Both the position numbers and the translations under genes were made by a program. A stretch of 64,000 bases of DNA from Callorhinchus milii. Lineage: Eukaryota. Positions 63,690 through 64,000 of this stretch are shown one piece after another; position 1 is the first letter of the stretch, and each line of letters starts with the position of its first letter. The stretch is taken from assembly GCF_018977255.1 (NCBI RefSeq), contig NW_024704755.1, forward strand, positions 5,270,001 to 5,334,000, written 5' to 3'. The notes under the pieces were generated by a model. It worked only from the letters and a program-made list of their open reading frames with translations. It searched no databases and was not told where the DNA came from.

Positions 63690-63793
63690 AGACATCTGTC
63701 CTATTCTGAAAGACCCAAATGCCTTCAGGGCAACCATTGACTTGTTTGAAGAGCATCTGAAAGAGAATTGTCCTCTCCCTGACTTGGTTGTAG
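63690..63793 (+). CDS. APRT: APRT exon 2 (gene continues beyond the window)
   Basis: atttcag|A acceptor; DICPILKDPNAFRATIDLFEEHLKENCPLPDLVV(G); donor G|GTAAGT. Confidence 0.93.
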
Positions 63794-64000
63794 GTAAGTC
63801 TGCTATATTAATTCAATTGAACACTTTTCTTCCTCTACTTGCTTTTCTAAATTTAGTGTGAAAGAAATTCTGAAGATAGTGGTCTCCTCCAGGTGTTTTG
63901 CTCAAATAGCCATTCTTTATATGTGAACTGAGAGAACCTGACTTGGCAATTTTTTCCACTGACTTTTCCATCTTACTGTTATCTTCATAGTTGCTTTAAT

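Overview
Vertebrate genomic DNA, not prokaryotic. Protein divergence and the repeat families suggest a cartilaginous fish, probably a chimaera such as elephant shark (inference). Five spliced genes were reconstructed by hand from GT-AG boundaries and phase. COG8 (+, 4 exons, 20199-23233, 618 aa). NOB1 (-, 9 exons, 31742-25254, 440 aa). ATXN1L (+, 2 coding exons, 38698-41561, 748 aa). ZNF821 (-, last 4 coding exons found, 55289-52365; N-terminal exon not located). APRT exons 1-2 (+, 61583-63793, continuing past the window). NOB1/ATXN1L and ZNF821/APRT are head-to-head at CpG islands, and COG8/NOB1 and ATXN1L/ZNF821 are tail-to-tail. The first 19 kb holds no recognisable gene. The window is rich in a young tRNA-derived SINE that shares a 3' stem-loop with an L2-clade LINE. 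It also has CR1 remnants, a TA-flanked MITE pair, a Helitron-like remnant, two long G-quadruplex-type tracts and one 231-nt gap. I found no convincing new multi-gene system. The best leads are a degenerate second zinc finger in ZNF821, ancestral ATXN1-like traits of ATXN1L, strong AT-to-GC bias in SINE copies beside promoters, SINE/LINE stem covariation, the Helitron-like element, and two speculative spliced micro-ORFs. All comparisons to human proteins and named repeat families are from memory and need alignment to confirm.
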